IMG/VR virus record: IMGVR_UViG_3300037296_000220
Location: 1-64,000 of that record
Length of the DNA: 64,000 nt
Direction: 5' to 3' (one strand)
Source of the DNA: a virus
Of the stretch, positions 27,470 through 37,554 are shown one piece after another. The number at the start of each line of letters is the position of its first letter. The first letter of the stretch is position 1. The notes under the pieces are model-generated. The model searched no databases. It was not told where the DNA came from and saw only the letters and a program-made list of their open reading frames with translations. Position numbers and translations under genes: made by a program.

Positions 27470-27774
27470 CCGAGTTGTTCCCGGGCCTGCTGGGCTTTCA
27501 GCGCCTTTTCACGCTTGCTCTCTTTAGCCTTGTTGTACCGGTCGGCACAGGACTCGCAGAACGTGTAAGTGCCCACCTCAAACAGTAGTGTGGCGTGGCT
27601 ACTTTTTGAGCACTTAGGCCCCTGACAGAACGTTGGCCGGTGGTTTGCATTCCGATCGGCAAAGATTTTCTTTAGCGCCTCTCGATTGATCTCCAGCTCT
27701 TGCATCACGCCGGGTTTCTTCAACTCTCTGATTGACTTTCGATTGCTACTAGCTGGCACGACGCACCCCTCCAT
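27454..27774 (-). CDS. Zn-finger-like protein ending GWGQW
   Basis: CQGPKC and FCESC Cys pairs. Confidence 0.65.
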   Translation of the reverse strand: MEGCVVPASSNRKSIRELKKPGVMQELEINREALKKIFADRNANHRPTFCQGPKCSKSSHATLLFEVGTYTFCESCADRYNKAKESKREKALKAQQAREQLGWGQW

Positions 27775-28069
27775 CTTTGATCAGGTTGGTGGTCAACGAT
27801 TTCACGATGTTGCGCAGCAGGTCTTCACTCAGTGGTGTCTCGCTGATTCTGAGCGCGGTGTAGAACGGATGAATGCGATTGCATGTTGCGATGTCAGCGA
27901 TCAGGTGCTGACGCTCGCTGAACCAGATGGACGTAGCCACACCGTTCTCATAACGCACCCGGACGTACTCGCCGTGCACCCTTAGATAGAGATACCAGTG
28001 AGAAGAATCATCCTGGGATTCGATGTAGGCGATGAACTCTGCCTGCTTTTCTGTTTTGACTATTGGCAT
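27749..28069 (-). CDS. Hypothetical protein
   Basis: Promoter, leader motif and AGGGG RBS upstream. Confidence 0.65.
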   Translation of the reverse strand: MPIVKTEKQAEFIAYIESQDDSSHWYLYLRVHGEYVRVRYENGVATSIWFSERQHLIADIATCNRIHPFYTALRISETPLSEDLLRNIVKSLTTNLIKDGGVRRAS

Positions 28070-28248
28070 TGTCAGACCCCTTTCGCTTGTTTGTGTGTAT
28101 GAACGCACTATATAGCAAACAAACAACTAAATGAACTATGGGAAGCACTCTGTAGCGCTCTCACAGCGTTCGCCAGATCGCAGTCGAGTGAGTGCATCAC
28201 TTTTTAGAACTACGCTCACAGACGCACTCAGATACTTTTGGGAGAATG

Positions 28249-28274
28249 AAAAAAGCCCGCTCAAGGCGGGCTTT
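28249..28274 (-). terminator. Intrinsic terminator (possibly bidirectional)
   Basis: AAAAAAGCCCGC-TCAAG-GCGGGCTTT. Confidence 0.8.
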
Positions 28275-28292
28275 GTCACACACAAAGTAGGC

Positions 28293-29051
28293 TTACGCAG
28301 CCTGAGCGGGCATCAATGCCTTCAGCAGGGGGTTGTCCTTCTCCACCAACTGCATGGTACTCCCTGTTTTAGTGACCAGGCCCAGTGCCGGCAGAAGCTG
28401 GCTGATTTGGTGGGCTTGGCTGTTAGCCGTTCCCTGGCTGTAGGGTCGAGCGATGTAGGCCTCTTTTAGCTGAGCCACTGTCAGCTCCCCATTCGCAGCG
28501 AGCAAATCCATTGCCATCTGCGTGTAGTTGGACAACTTCTTGCCGGCGGTTGCCGCGTCGAAGATGTTGATCACTTTCTCCTTGACCTTTTTGGCCAGGT
28601 TGTCGAAGGCTTCAGCCTGAGTCTTGGCGGCAACCTGGTCGTCGGCGCCGAGCAGTGAGTAGTTCTGGCCGATCTTGGCCAGTACCGCTTCAGAGCAGGT
28701 AGAGAATGACTGTCGTGGCGTCGCAGTGCGTTTCGCAGCGGCTGTCTTTGCAGCAGCGGGCTTGGCCACAGTATCCGGGTCTACGGCTTCGGTCTTCGCC
28801 GAGTCTTCGATCATCGTTGCGCGGTTTTCGGCACGCTCAACGCTGGCTTCAGCTTCGGCCAGAGTTTCGTCGTCCGTTTCCAGCTCTTCTTCAGGTGGGG
28901 CATCTTCGACAGCGACTTCTTCATCCGGCATTTGAGCTTCTTCACCCAGGTCGTCTTCCACTTCAGCCATCATGGCCAACAGTTCGTCGTCATCCAGTTC
29001 GTCGCCCACTTGTTCTACTGCTTCACTTTGATTCAATTTTGACTTAGACAT
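28293..29051 (-). CDS. Protein with acidic N-terminus and putative winged-helix C-terminal domain
   Basis: Monocistronic with promoter and terminator; YSQGTANSQAHQISQLLPALGLV helix-wing pattern. Confidence 0.75.
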   Translation of the reverse strand: MSKSKLNQSEAVEQVGDELDDDELLAMMAEVEDDLGEEAQMPDEEVAVEDAPPEEELETDDETLAEAEASVERAENRATMIEDSAKTEAVDPDTVAKPAAAKTAAAKRTATPRQSFSTCSEAVLAKIGQNYSLLGADDQVAAKTQAEAFDNLAKKVKEKVINIFDAATAGKKLSNYTQMAMDLLAANGELTVAQLKEAYIARPYSQGTANSQAHQISQLLPALGLVTKTGSTMQLVEKDNPLLKALMPAQAA

Positions 29052-29336
29052 GGTGTTACCTCACTTAGTTGTTTGTGTATGTCGTTGATCGACAAGACAC
29101 ATGATAGAGCAGCAGGAATGGGGAAGATACTGTGGGGGCTGGTGCGCCAGAGTGTCACCAAATCGAGCAATCGAGGAGGGTTTTCAGAATCGAAAAGGGG
29201 CCAACTAAGGCCCCTTTTACACACACAAACACGCTAAGTTGGCAACAGTAAGTGCCGCGCATAACGTCTGTACACTTTAACAGTAGTGGGTCGAATTACT
29301 CAATAGGTATTAACGCAAAAACAGTCATTTTGAACT

Positions 29337-29552
29337 CTAATTAACCTTGATGTATTTACCACGACAGGCGAAATAAATTGAAGAAACTGTATGCATAACC
29401 AGTATACCTATGTTCACTATGAAACTTAGAATGTTTTGCGCGTAAAGGAACACGGCATTCCACAAGGGGATAAGTGGCCAAAACACCTGAGCCATGAAAA
29501 GGTTGGCAATGCGTTCTGACAAGCCAAACAGACGAATGAGGGTGAGCTTCAT
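29337..29552 (-). CDS. Small membrane protein
   Basis: Hydrophobic 71-aa ORF. Confidence 0.45.
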   Translation of the reverse strand: MKLTLIRLFGLSERIANLFMAQVFWPLIPLWNAVFLYAQNILSFIVNIGILVMHTVSSIYFACRGKYIKVN

Positions 29553-29595
29553 GGCCACCTGGGGGTCAGCTCCCTCAACCCAGTTCGCTTTCGGT

Positions 29596-30210
29596 TTAGG
29601 CTGCATTTTCAACATCGGAGACCTCCTGCTCTTCAACGGCTTGGAGGCCCGGGACAGCAATTTCAAAAACCCCCCATTTTAAACACTTCGCAAAGCTATT
29701 CATCATAACCTCCACATCGTACTCGGCGGCGTGAGCTTTGGAGGTGTCGTATTCTTCGTCACACATGGCGGCGAGTGCCTGCAAACTGGGTGCAGTACCC
29801 AGTGGCGTTGCGGTTTTACCCAGTTGCATCGTGTCCACAATGTCCAGGGCTGGTATGTCCATTCCGATTCTGACCAGCTCATAGCCAATAAAGGGGAAGT
29901 CGAAGTTGGCATTGTGTGCGACACCCACACCGCACCACTCCAGGAACTTGGACACCTTCGGCGCCACCTGTTCCCAGGTGGGCTTACCCATCAGGTCAGC
30001 CAGACTTATCTTGTGGACAGCGTATGCCTTCGGATCGATGTCACGTCCCGGGTTGATTCGCTGGGTCCAGAAATTGCCGACCTTAGTCAGCTCCCCGGTT
30101 TCAGTCTCGTACCGATAGGCGCCTATGCAAATTTCAATGATCTTGTGGCCATCTTCTACCTTCAGGCCAGTAGTCTCGATGTCGAGCCCTACCACTTTGA
30201 TGATGCTCAT
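29596..30210 (-). CDS. DEDDh 3'-5' exonuclease (DnaQ/epsilon-like)
   Basis: LDIETTG, AHNANFD and HAAEYD motifs. Confidence 0.93.
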   Translation of the reverse strand: MSIIKVVGLDIETTGLKVEDGHKIIEICIGAYRYETETGELTKVGNFWTQRINPGRDIDPKAYAVHKISLADLMGKPTWEQVAPKVSKFLEWCGVGVAHNANFDFPFIGYELVRIGMDIPALDIVDTMQLGKTATPLGTAPSLQALAAMCDEEYDTSKAHAAEYDVEVMMNSFAKCLKWGVFEIAVPGLQAVEEQEVSDVENAA

Positions 30211-30653
30211 GCCGTTATCCCATGTGTGTAGTTGGTGAATGAGTCGGTGAAGCGCTCCTGGTTAGCCATGACCCGCTTGCTGGTCTCAACGAAGCGCTCC
30301 ATCAACAGCTCAGGATTGGCGTGCTCTGAGGCCCGGGCGTGGGTTCGAGCGCCCATGTGAGGCCGCATGACGCGAAAGTCGCCAGACTGTGTCTCGCGCA
30401 GAATGTGAAACGCATCATGTTCGTTGTATGCCACCGTCAGCAGTACGTCGAATGGCAGACCTTTGAACTTTTTCAACGGTGTCTCGATGGCCTCAATCAC
30501 AGGTTTGGACAGCCAGTATCGAGTCGCCGTCAGCAGCGCGTTCAGGCCGTAATAGAGTGTGGCGTCAGTCACATCACCCACCTGGTGCTTATGCATCAGT
30601 TCGTAGGCTTGCTGCATCACCCCGTACTCCAGGTGTTCTTCAACAGTTTGCAT
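30207..30653 (-). CDS. Hypothetical protein
   Basis: ATGA-coupled to the exonuclease. Confidence 0.7.
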   Translation of the reverse strand: MQTVEEHLEYGVMQQAYELMHKHQVGDVTDATLYYGLNALLTATRYWLSKPVIEAIETPLKKFKGLPFDVLLTVAYNEHDAFHILRETQSGDFRVMRPHMGARTHARASEHANPELLMERFVETSKRVMANQERFTDSFTNYTHGITA

Positions 30654-30693
30654 GGTTCACTCGCTCTTGTGTGTGTGACTGACAGTGTGCGCG

Positions 30694-31398
30694 TCAATGA
30701 GCGGCGCTTACAGCCTGGCGACTTGCGAACCGTGCCGCCGATTGATTGGTCATTGCAGCAGTAATAACGCCAGAAATGGCACCTACTCGCTCATCCAGGC
30801 TCACCATGTCATCCGGTATCACAAGCGGTCTCGCGTTATTGGTCACAATTGCAGTGGATGAAAAGAGCCCCTTCAGAATGGCATTAGACATCAGTTGCGC
30901 TGCATGGCTGCGTGAGAATGACTGCTTACCGGGTTCATCAGGGCTTGACACCTGCCCTACTTCGATACCCGGCTGTATCAGGACTGCCAAATCAACCTGT
31001 TCAATCTGAGCTATGACGCATGTCTCAACGTAGTCCTTGACCCATTGCTGCACTTCCGGGTCTTTGTTGATGTAGACGTAGGGGCAGGCCAGGGTGTAGA
31101 GAATTAGGTCAATGAAGCTGCGATCCAGCAATGCCCAACTGTTCTCCAAACCTGGCGCATGACAACGGTCACGAAGTCGAGCAATGCGGTGTTTGAATTG
31201 CAGCAGCAAGGCGTTTTGCAGTTCCATACGGTTCTGAACTGAGCCTATGTTGTTTATGTCCAGACCCAGGGCGTTAGCCACTTCAGACACGCTGGTCTTG
31301 TGATAGGTGACGCTTTCAGGGTGTTTCAATTCCAGGGCTTTGCAAAGGGTGGTTTTACCCACCCCTGAAGCGCCCGCGAAGGTCGCTATTTTCAGCAT
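30694..31398 (-). CDS. P-loop nucleotide kinase-like protein
   Basis: GASGVGKTT and LDRS motifs. Confidence 0.8.
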   Translation of the reverse strand: MLKIATFAGASGVGKTTLCKALELKHPESVTYHKTSVSEVANALGLDINNIGSVQNRMELQNALLLQFKHRIARLRDRCHAPGLENSWALLDRSFIDLILYTLACPYVYINKDPEVQQWVKDYVETCVIAQIEQVDLAVLIQPGIEVGQVSSPDEPGKQSFSRSHAAQLMSNAILKGLFSSTAIVTNNARPLVIPDDMVSLDERVGAISGVITAAMTNQSAARFASRQAVSAAH

Positions 31399-32112
31399 TT
31401 ACGCCACCTCTCCCTCTACTGTCTCAAACTCAGCGATTTCAGCTACGGCGCCTGCCTTAATGGTCTCAACCGTTTGCTGGACAATGTAGCGCAGGACTTC
31501 AGCAGACCAGTCTTCCATCAGCTCGTCGTCGACCAGCTCAGCCGGGTCTTTCATACCCAGGCACGTCAGGCCCGCGTCCTTTGTGCCGAACTTGCTGCCG
31601 TCAATCTGATCACCCAGGTGGACGATGTTCAACATGCCCAGATGGACCTGGTTGACGCCCTTATTGCCGATCAAGAAGTGGGTGAACTCAGGTCGAGCCG
31701 AGCCCAGTGAAACCGGTTGTCCGTCGTAGGTCAGCTCTTCAGCCAGCTCACGCGCTACCGTGCGCAGGTAGGTGGCGGGCTGATCCAGGGCGCCGTTGAA
31801 GTCATAAACGATGTCCGGGGCATCAATGTGGCCACCCAGGCCGATTGACTTCTTGCCGTGCAGCTTGCTCTCGCCGCCTTTACTGGTGCGCTGCATACAC
31901 AGCACCTGGCCATCCTTCATAAAGATGGTGTAGGGCAGGATCTGGCGGAACGCTGGGCTGTTCTCCAGCATTTCGCGCTGGCCAATCATCATCAACTGGT
32001 TCGGCAGCGGCTGGATAGCGTTGTCGACCCGGTGCATCATGATGCGATCACCGATGTTTTCAGGGGTTTTGATGGCACTAGCGTGGATGCAAAGGATAAA
32101 TTCAGGTTTCAT
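31399..32112 (-). CDS. NUDIX-fold phosphoesterase
   Basis: QILPY, SIGLGGHI, RELAEE, VHLG and EDWS motifs. Confidence 0.82.
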   Translation of the reverse strand: MKPEFILCIHASAIKTPENIGDRIMMHRVDNAIQPLPNQLMMIGQREMLENSPAFRQILPYTIFMKDGQVLCMQRTSKGGESKLHGKKSIGLGGHIDAPDIVYDFNGALDQPATYLRTVARELAEELTYDGQPVSLGSARPEFTHFLIGNKGVNQVHLGMLNIVHLGDQIDGSKFGTKDAGLTCLGMKDPAELVDDELMEDWSAEVLRYIVQQTVETIKAGAVAEIAEFETVEGEVA

Positions 32113-32246
32113 ATTGGTACTCCAGTCAAATAGATAATGCCCAGGCCGGCGGCAAGGGCGGTAAAAACGTCAATGGCCACACAGAGCACGTCGGTTGATT
32201 CAAAGGTTCTGAGTTTCAAACTTATAACTCCGTGTGTTTTGCGGTG

Positions 32247-32513
32247 TTAGAAGCAGTCGATGCCAGACTGCCCCTTGCTACTGATCACGAATACACAGGT
32301 GACTGTCGCGTCAGAGGGTGACACCCACTCATAAGCGCGCAGATCAGTGCCCAGTGCATCGAGGCGGACGCCCTGAGTCTCAACTTTGGGCATACTGGAC
32401 AGTGCGCGCATGGACAGCGACAGATCGCCGTTCCAGAAGTTCGTAAACAGCAGGCCGAAGAGGCCAACTAACGCCATGACGGCACACACGATCATTGGTT
32501 TCTTCACAGTCAA
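32247..32513 (-). CDS. Small membrane-anchored protein
   Basis: N-terminal transmembrane segment; AAGGAG RBS. Confidence 0.65.
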   Translation of the reverse strand: MTVKKPMIVCAVMALVGLFGLLFTNFWNGDLSLSMRALSSMPKVETQGVRLDALGTDLRAYEWVSPSDATVTCVFVISSKGQSGIDCF

Positions 32514-32518
32514 TCTCC

Positions 32519-33493
32519 TTACACCGCAATCGGTGCTTTGATGGCTGGCAGCGGGCTGTAGTTGGTCACTTCAAAGTCGTCACTCTCGTATTCCCAGGGA
32601 TTCTTGGGTATCGAGTCGATCACTATTTGGGGCCTGTCTGAGGTCAGCTCACGTTCATCGTTTTCCCAGTTGAACAGCAACTCTTTGGCCTGCTCGAAGT
32701 GGTTGGTGTACAAGTGCGTATCGCCGAAGCTGTGAATGAACTCGTAAGGCACCATGTTCACTGATTTGGCGATGATGTGCGTCAGCAAGGCATAGCTGGC
32801 AATGTTGAACGGCGCACCCAGGAACCAGTCAGCGCTGCGCTGGTACAGATGGCAGGACAGGTAACGCTTGGGAACACCCAGCTTGTCAAACTGTTCGATC
32901 GGCACTCTGTACTCACGCAGATGCGGCATGTTGATTGCCACCCATTGAAAACGTTGGCGCTCATTCATCAGGTGCGTATAGAACTGAAACATCGTATGAC
33001 ACGGTGCCAGAGCCATCAGACCGGCGGAGGCGTTTGCTTGAGGACTGATGGTTTCATCCGGTAGCTCACCCGGGTTCCAGGCTGAAATGATGTGCCGGCG
33101 GCTATCAGGTTTGCTATTGAGGCCGTCCAGCAGCACCTGTAATTGATCAATACTGCCAATGTTGGGCGTTTCCCAGCTACGCCACTGCTTGCCGTAGACC
33201 GGGCCCAGGTCACCCTTTGGGTTGGCCCACTCGTTCCAGATTTTGACGTTGTTCGCTTGCAGATAACCGATGTTGGTCTCACCACGCAGGAACCAGATCA
33301 GTTCGTGAATGATGGGGCGTATTGCGGTGAACTTCGCTTCAAGCAAAGGGAAGGATTCAGTCAGGTCGAAGCGCATGTGATGGCCGAAGATGGAACTGGT
33401 GCCAGTACCAGTGCGGTCGTCTTTGATGATGCCGTTATTGAGCAAGCGCTCAAGATGATCGATATACTGGATGTCGACGGTGTTGTTCAGCAT
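32519..33493 (-). CDS. thyA: Thymidylate synthase
   Basis: DRTGTGT, MALAPCH, QRSAD, PFNIASY and HLY motifs. Confidence 0.97.
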   Translation of the reverse strand: MLNNTVDIQYIDHLERLLNNGIIKDDRTGTGTSSIFGHHMRFDLTESFPLLEAKFTAIRPIIHELIWFLRGETNIGYLQANNVKIWNEWANPKGDLGPVYGKQWRSWETPNIGSIDQLQVLLDGLNSKPDSRRHIISAWNPGELPDETISPQANASAGLMALAPCHTMFQFYTHLMNERQRFQWVAINMPHLREYRVPIEQFDKLGVPKRYLSCHLYQRSADWFLGAPFNIASYALLTHIIAKSVNMVPYEFIHSFGDTHLYTNHFEQAKELLFNWENDERELTSDRPQIVIDSIPKNPWEYESDDFEVTNYSPLPAIKAPIAV

Positions 33494-33555
33494 AAGGGTT
33501 CTCGCTAAAGAAAGGTTGGCAAAGGGGTGAGGAATCCCACCCCTTTGTTTGTTAC

Positions 33556-34419
33556 TTACAAGCCAGCTTGAGTGATGGCGTAGGCTTCGAGCAGGGCTTC
33601 ATACGCCCCTTCGTGTTCGTAGAAGTAAGTCGTGTTGATCACCAGCACCGCGCTTTGCTTGATCGTCTCAACGCTAGACCAGCCACCCTTTTGCAGGTTC
33701 ACACCATAGGTGCGACTGGGGATGTCTGCGAAGGTATAGAGCTTGTTTCCTTTCGGATCTTCAGCGTTATTCAGCGACCAATTGTCCATCGTGACCAGCG
33801 TCATGTTGGCACCAAAGCGACTGTCGATGTTGTGGATGCTGGAACTACCCAGACCCGTAATCTCCAACATGCACTGTACGTCTGCACCTTGAGAGACCTT
33901 TGCCTGTGCAGCGATGCCGCCCAATGGAACGACCCGGGTTGCCTCGAAGCCTGAGTCTTCGGCCATCCAGTTCTGCCAGGTCACCCAGGGCCCAGAGCCT
34001 GTCTTACCAATCGCAATCGTCACCTGGTCAGATTCCAGATCACCAGCGTCATCAATGTCCGAGTCCTTGTTGCAGATCATGTGGGCAAACTCTTCGTGTA
34101 GATCGCCTACGTTATCGATGTTCACCGCTTTCGCTGCGTTCTGTCGCGCAAACAGTGTATAAGCGTCAGCCTGTACAATGGCGGCGTGGCATTCCAGGTC
34201 AGAGACCAGGCGCATGTTTTCCCAGGAACCGTTGGTCGAGACGTTGGTGATGTCCAGTCGCCGGCTGTCGGCTGAGTTGTCCATCATGTTACCCACTCGG
34301 AAGTAGGTGCCCTGCTCACCGCCGGTACACAGGTTGATCATTTCTTCGGCCCAGGCTCCGGTACTCATTGACACAGCGACCAGCGTTGCCGCCATCAGTC
34401 CACGATATTTTCCCATCAT
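33556..34419 (-). CDS. TAXI-family TRAP solute-binding-like protein
   Basis: Signal peptide; TGGEQGTY, STNGSWEN, AAIVQAD and IGKTGSG motifs. Confidence 0.8.
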   Translation of the reverse strand: MMGKYRGLMAATLVAVSMSTGAWAEEMINLCTGGEQGTYFRVGNMMDNSADSRRLDITNVSTNGSWENMRLVSDLECHAAIVQADAYTLFARQNAAKAVNIDNVGDLHEEFAHMICNKDSDIDDAGDLESDQVTIAIGKTGSGPWVTWQNWMAEDSGFEATRVVPLGGIAAQAKVSQGADVQCMLEITGLGSSSIHNIDSRFGANMTLVTMDNWSLNNAEDPKGNKLYTFADIPSRTYGVNLQKGGWSSVETIKQSAVLVINTTYFYEHEGAYEALLEAYAITQAGL

Positions 34420-34528
34420 AAGTCTTTCTCCGTTCAGTTAGTGTTTGTGTGCTCTCAAAAGAGAATCACATTTAATCATAGTTGTTTGTTTGATACAACA
34501 AAGGGGCTTTACGCCCCTTCTCATTGCC

Positions 34529-35545
34529 TTACGCTGCGAGCAATCCGCCCCAGGGTCTCAGGTCTTGATAACCCCAGTCTTCACCAATCAGCCCTTCGGT
34601 CGAGTAGTCAACGTTGACCGTCTCGAAGAAGTTGGCCTTGCCCCCGTTGGAGATCAGCTTGTCGAACCAGGGCACCGGGTTCTCCAGCGCTTCTGGCCAG
34701 TTCGCCTTGAGCCCCATGCCCATCAACCGGCGGTTAGCCAGATAGCGGACGTACTGCTTAACGTCAGAGGAAGACAGGCCGTCGATTTCACCCATTTCAA
34801 AGGAAAGGTCGATCACCTTGTCTTCCAGTGTGACCGCTGTCCGAGCCATGTCATAGATCGCCGTTTTGAACTCGTCCGTGACCCGGTGGGGTTCTTCAAC
34901 CAGCAAGGTGCGAAACAGGTTGGTGATCATGGCGCAATGCATCGACTCGTCACGAATCGACCACAGAACAATCTCGCCCATACCCTTCATCTTCGCCGGG
35001 TTGTCGTTGCGATCACCGCGTGAGTAGTTCAACAGCATGGCAAATGCCGAGAACAGCGACACACCCTCGTTGATGATCGTCTGTGCCAGATCCAGCGCCA
35101 GGTCGTTGTTCTCCTTGCGCATGAACTCGACCTTGTCTGCCATTGCCTGATACTCCATGAACGCCGAGTATTCACTTTCCGGCAGGTTCAGGGTGTCGTT
35201 CAGCAAGGCGTAGGCCCGCATGTGCGTCGATTCCCGGTTTGCGATAGACAACAAAGCCATCCGGGCCTCGTTGTTCTTGAACAGGGGCAGGAACTTGGTG
35301 ACGTAGTTGCCACCGACGACCTGGTCCGACGTGGTGAACAGACGTAGAATCTGCGTGATGTGGTTCTTTTCGAACGGTACCACGATTCCGCTGTCCCACT
35401 GCTGCAGATCGTCCTGCAACTTCCCCTCCCATTCACCCCAAGCCATCTGTTCGTGAATTTTGGTCATTTCGACCAGCGCTGGGTAGCGGAAAGGTCGGTA
35501 AGTTGTTGATTCACTGAATAAAAGTGACTTGTTTGCCCCGCTCAT
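34529..35545 (-). CDS. nrdB: Class I ribonucleotide reductase beta subunit
   Basis: ESTHMRAY, EGVSLFSAF, RDESMH and NFFE motifs. Confidence 0.95.
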   Translation of the reverse strand: MSGANKSLLFSESTTYRPFRYPALVEMTKIHEQMAWGEWEGKLQDDLQQWDSGIVVPFEKNHITQILRLFTTSDQVVGGNYVTKFLPLFKNNEARMALLSIANRESTHMRAYALLNDTLNLPESEYSAFMEYQAMADKVEFMRKENNDLALDLAQTIINEGVSLFSAFAMLLNYSRGDRNDNPAKMKGMGEIVLWSIRDESMHCAMITNLFRTLLVEEPHRVTDEFKTAIYDMARTAVTLEDKVIDLSFEMGEIDGLSSSDVKQYVRYLANRRLMGMGLKANWPEALENPVPWFDKLISNGGKANFFETVNVDYSTEGLIGEDWGYQDLRPWGGLLAA

Positions 35546-37485
35546 GCCTCACAGCCTCCACAGATAAATTCGTTCTCAGCCTGCGCCGCTTGTGCGTCAG
35601 CCGCTTGTTCTTCGTAATTGCGCAGCGGTTTACGATCGACCTGTACCGAAACATTTTCCGCCTTCTGCTTCGACTCAGTGTTGATATAGTAAAGCGCTTT
35701 CAATGGGCGTTCAGTCTCGGTCTCTGGGGCAAACGCATACAGGTGAACACTGTTGAAGTACGCTTTGCTTGCGCCCGTTTTGAAAAACAGGTTTTGAGAC
35801 TGGCCCTGATCCAACCAGCGAGCCCGTACCCGGCCGTGACGCACGTTCCAATGTTGGTCGATGTGTTTGGCGCCCTTGAAAACCCGCTCTTCGTGAGGGG
35901 TTAGCCAGTTCAACACAGACACATCACCATCGTTCCCTTCCACCTTTGCGTACTGCGCTTCACGCCATTCATCGAGCGTCGCCTGATCTTTGCCGCGCAG
36001 ATGAACCAGTGCCGGGCGACCATCAGTGGGAGCCTCTTCAAGCAACTGAGCAAAGAACTTGCTGCGCACCAGGAATGTGCCCGCCCGGGTCCGCTGGGGA
36101 AACGAGACCGACTCTTCCGGCTCAGTGCAGGGGGTTGTGCCGATGATGATGCTGTTGTTCGACGTAGGGGCAATGGCGCATAGGTGAGCGTTGCGCATAC
36201 CGGTACCAACCAGGTCTGGCGCCTCACCACGTTCTTTGGCCAACTTCTGACTGCCCCGCACTGCTGCTTGGTAGATCGCCTTACTCAGTGCCGCGCTTTC
36301 ATACACGCCCTCTTCCGACTCGAAGGGGGTCATGTTCTTTTGCAACCAGCCATGCAGACCCATCTGTCCCAGACCAATAGAGCGTTCGCGATAGGCGCTG
36401 AAGATGGCTCGCTTCATGTGCACCGGGTGGGCGTTCTCGATGAAGAACTGGAGCACGTTGTCGAGCAGGCGCACCAGGTCAGGAATGAAGGTGTCTGCGA
36501 AGTTCAGCCATTCGTCAGCCTTCTCCAGGTTCACGCTGGACAGGCAGCAGACGGCAGTACGCTCTTCATTGGTGGCCAGTTCAATCTCTGAACACAGGTT
36601 GGCGCTGTTGATTTTCAGGCCCAGGGCTTTCTGTGCCGGGTTCAGACGACGATTAGCTTCGTCGATGTAGTGCATATAGGGCTCGCCGGTCTTGTAGCGC
36701 GTGTCCAGCATTTCTTCCCACAGCTCGCGAGCGCGCATTTCACCACGCACTTCACCCGTGTGCGGACACTTCAGCTGCCACATTTCGTCTTTGTCCCGAG
36801 CTTTGAAGAAGGCATCGGTCAGGTTCACCCCGTTGTTGACGTTCATCGCCTTGCGATTGATGTCGCCACCGTGCGGCTTACGAATGTTGACGAACTCACG
36901 AATGGCGGGGTGACTGTCGTCCATGTACAGCGCAATGGAGCCCCGGCGGGTTCCAGCCTGGTGATAGTAGAGAATCGAGCCTTCCAGGGCTTTAGCATAC
37001 GGGATTGGACCTGGAGCCTTCTCACTCACTGCCCGCATGTTCAAGTCAGAGCCCACACCACCGCCGGCCGTAGACAACCAGGCAAGTTCTTGTTGGGCGC
37101 GAACCTGACTTTCGAGCGTGTCATCCACGTTTTGCAGGAAGCAACTGATGGGCATACCCTTTGGCTTGGCGCCCACCCACTCATATTCTTTGTTCCATTC
37201 TTTGATCGACCGGGTCAGCGACTTGACCCACTCCCCTTTCGGGCTGTTGCTGAACACAGGGCTGGCGAAGAAAAACCAGCCTCGATGCGCGTAATCAAAG
37301 ATCCGCTGGGCAAAGTCATAGTCGCCGTAACAGTAAGCAATGGCGGCACGTTCCAGTGCTTCATTGATGGATTCACCCGGCTGAGTGTAAAACCCTTTGA
37401 CCAGCTTGCGGCTGAAGTCGTTCAGATAAGCTGGTTCCTGGGCGGGTAGCCGCAGTCGTCTACGTTCTTGCATTTGTTGCTCCAC
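35542..37485 (-). CDS. nrdA: Class I ribonucleotide reductase alpha subunit (no ATP cone)
   Basis: PISCF, NLCSEI, AVCCLSS, APTS, LYY and C-terminal CxxC. Confidence 0.95.
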   Translation of the reverse strand: MEQQMQERRRLRLPAQEPAYLNDFSRKLVKGFYTQPGESINEALERAAIAYCYGDYDFAQRIFDYAHRGWFFFASPVFSNSPKGEWVKSLTRSIKEWNKEYEWVGAKPKGMPISCFLQNVDDTLESQVRAQQELAWLSTAGGGVGSDLNMRAVSEKAPGPIPYAKALEGSILYYHQAGTRRGSIALYMDDSHPAIREFVNIRKPHGGDINRKAMNVNNGVNLTDAFFKARDKDEMWQLKCPHTGEVRGEMRARELWEEMLDTRYKTGEPYMHYIDEANRRLNPAQKALGLKINSANLCSEIELATNEERTAVCCLSSVNLEKADEWLNFADTFIPDLVRLLDNVLQFFIENAHPVHMKRAIFSAYRERSIGLGQMGLHGWLQKNMTPFESEEGVYESAALSKAIYQAAVRGSQKLAKERGEAPDLVGTGMRNAHLCAIAPTSNNSIIIGTTPCTEPEESVSFPQRTRAGTFLVRSKFFAQLLEEAPTDGRPALVHLRGKDQATLDEWREAQYAKVEGNDGDVSVLNWLTPHEERVFKGAKHIDQHWNVRHGRVRARWLDQGQSQNLFFKTGASKAYFNSVHLYAFAPETETERPLKALYYINTESKQKAENVSVQVDRKPLRNYEEQAADAQAAQAENEFICGGCEA

Positions 37486-37554
37486 TAGATAAGGGGCGAA
37501 AAGGGCCCCGACTATACCACAGTTAGTTGTTTGTGTGTTTTGGTTTTTAAAAGA

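Noticed and set aside
32519-33493. thyA as a dCMP hydroxymethylase or base-modifying enzyme
   Set aside because: It keeps the dUMP-specifying Asn (PFNIASY) and canonical ThyA motifs, and DHFR is present
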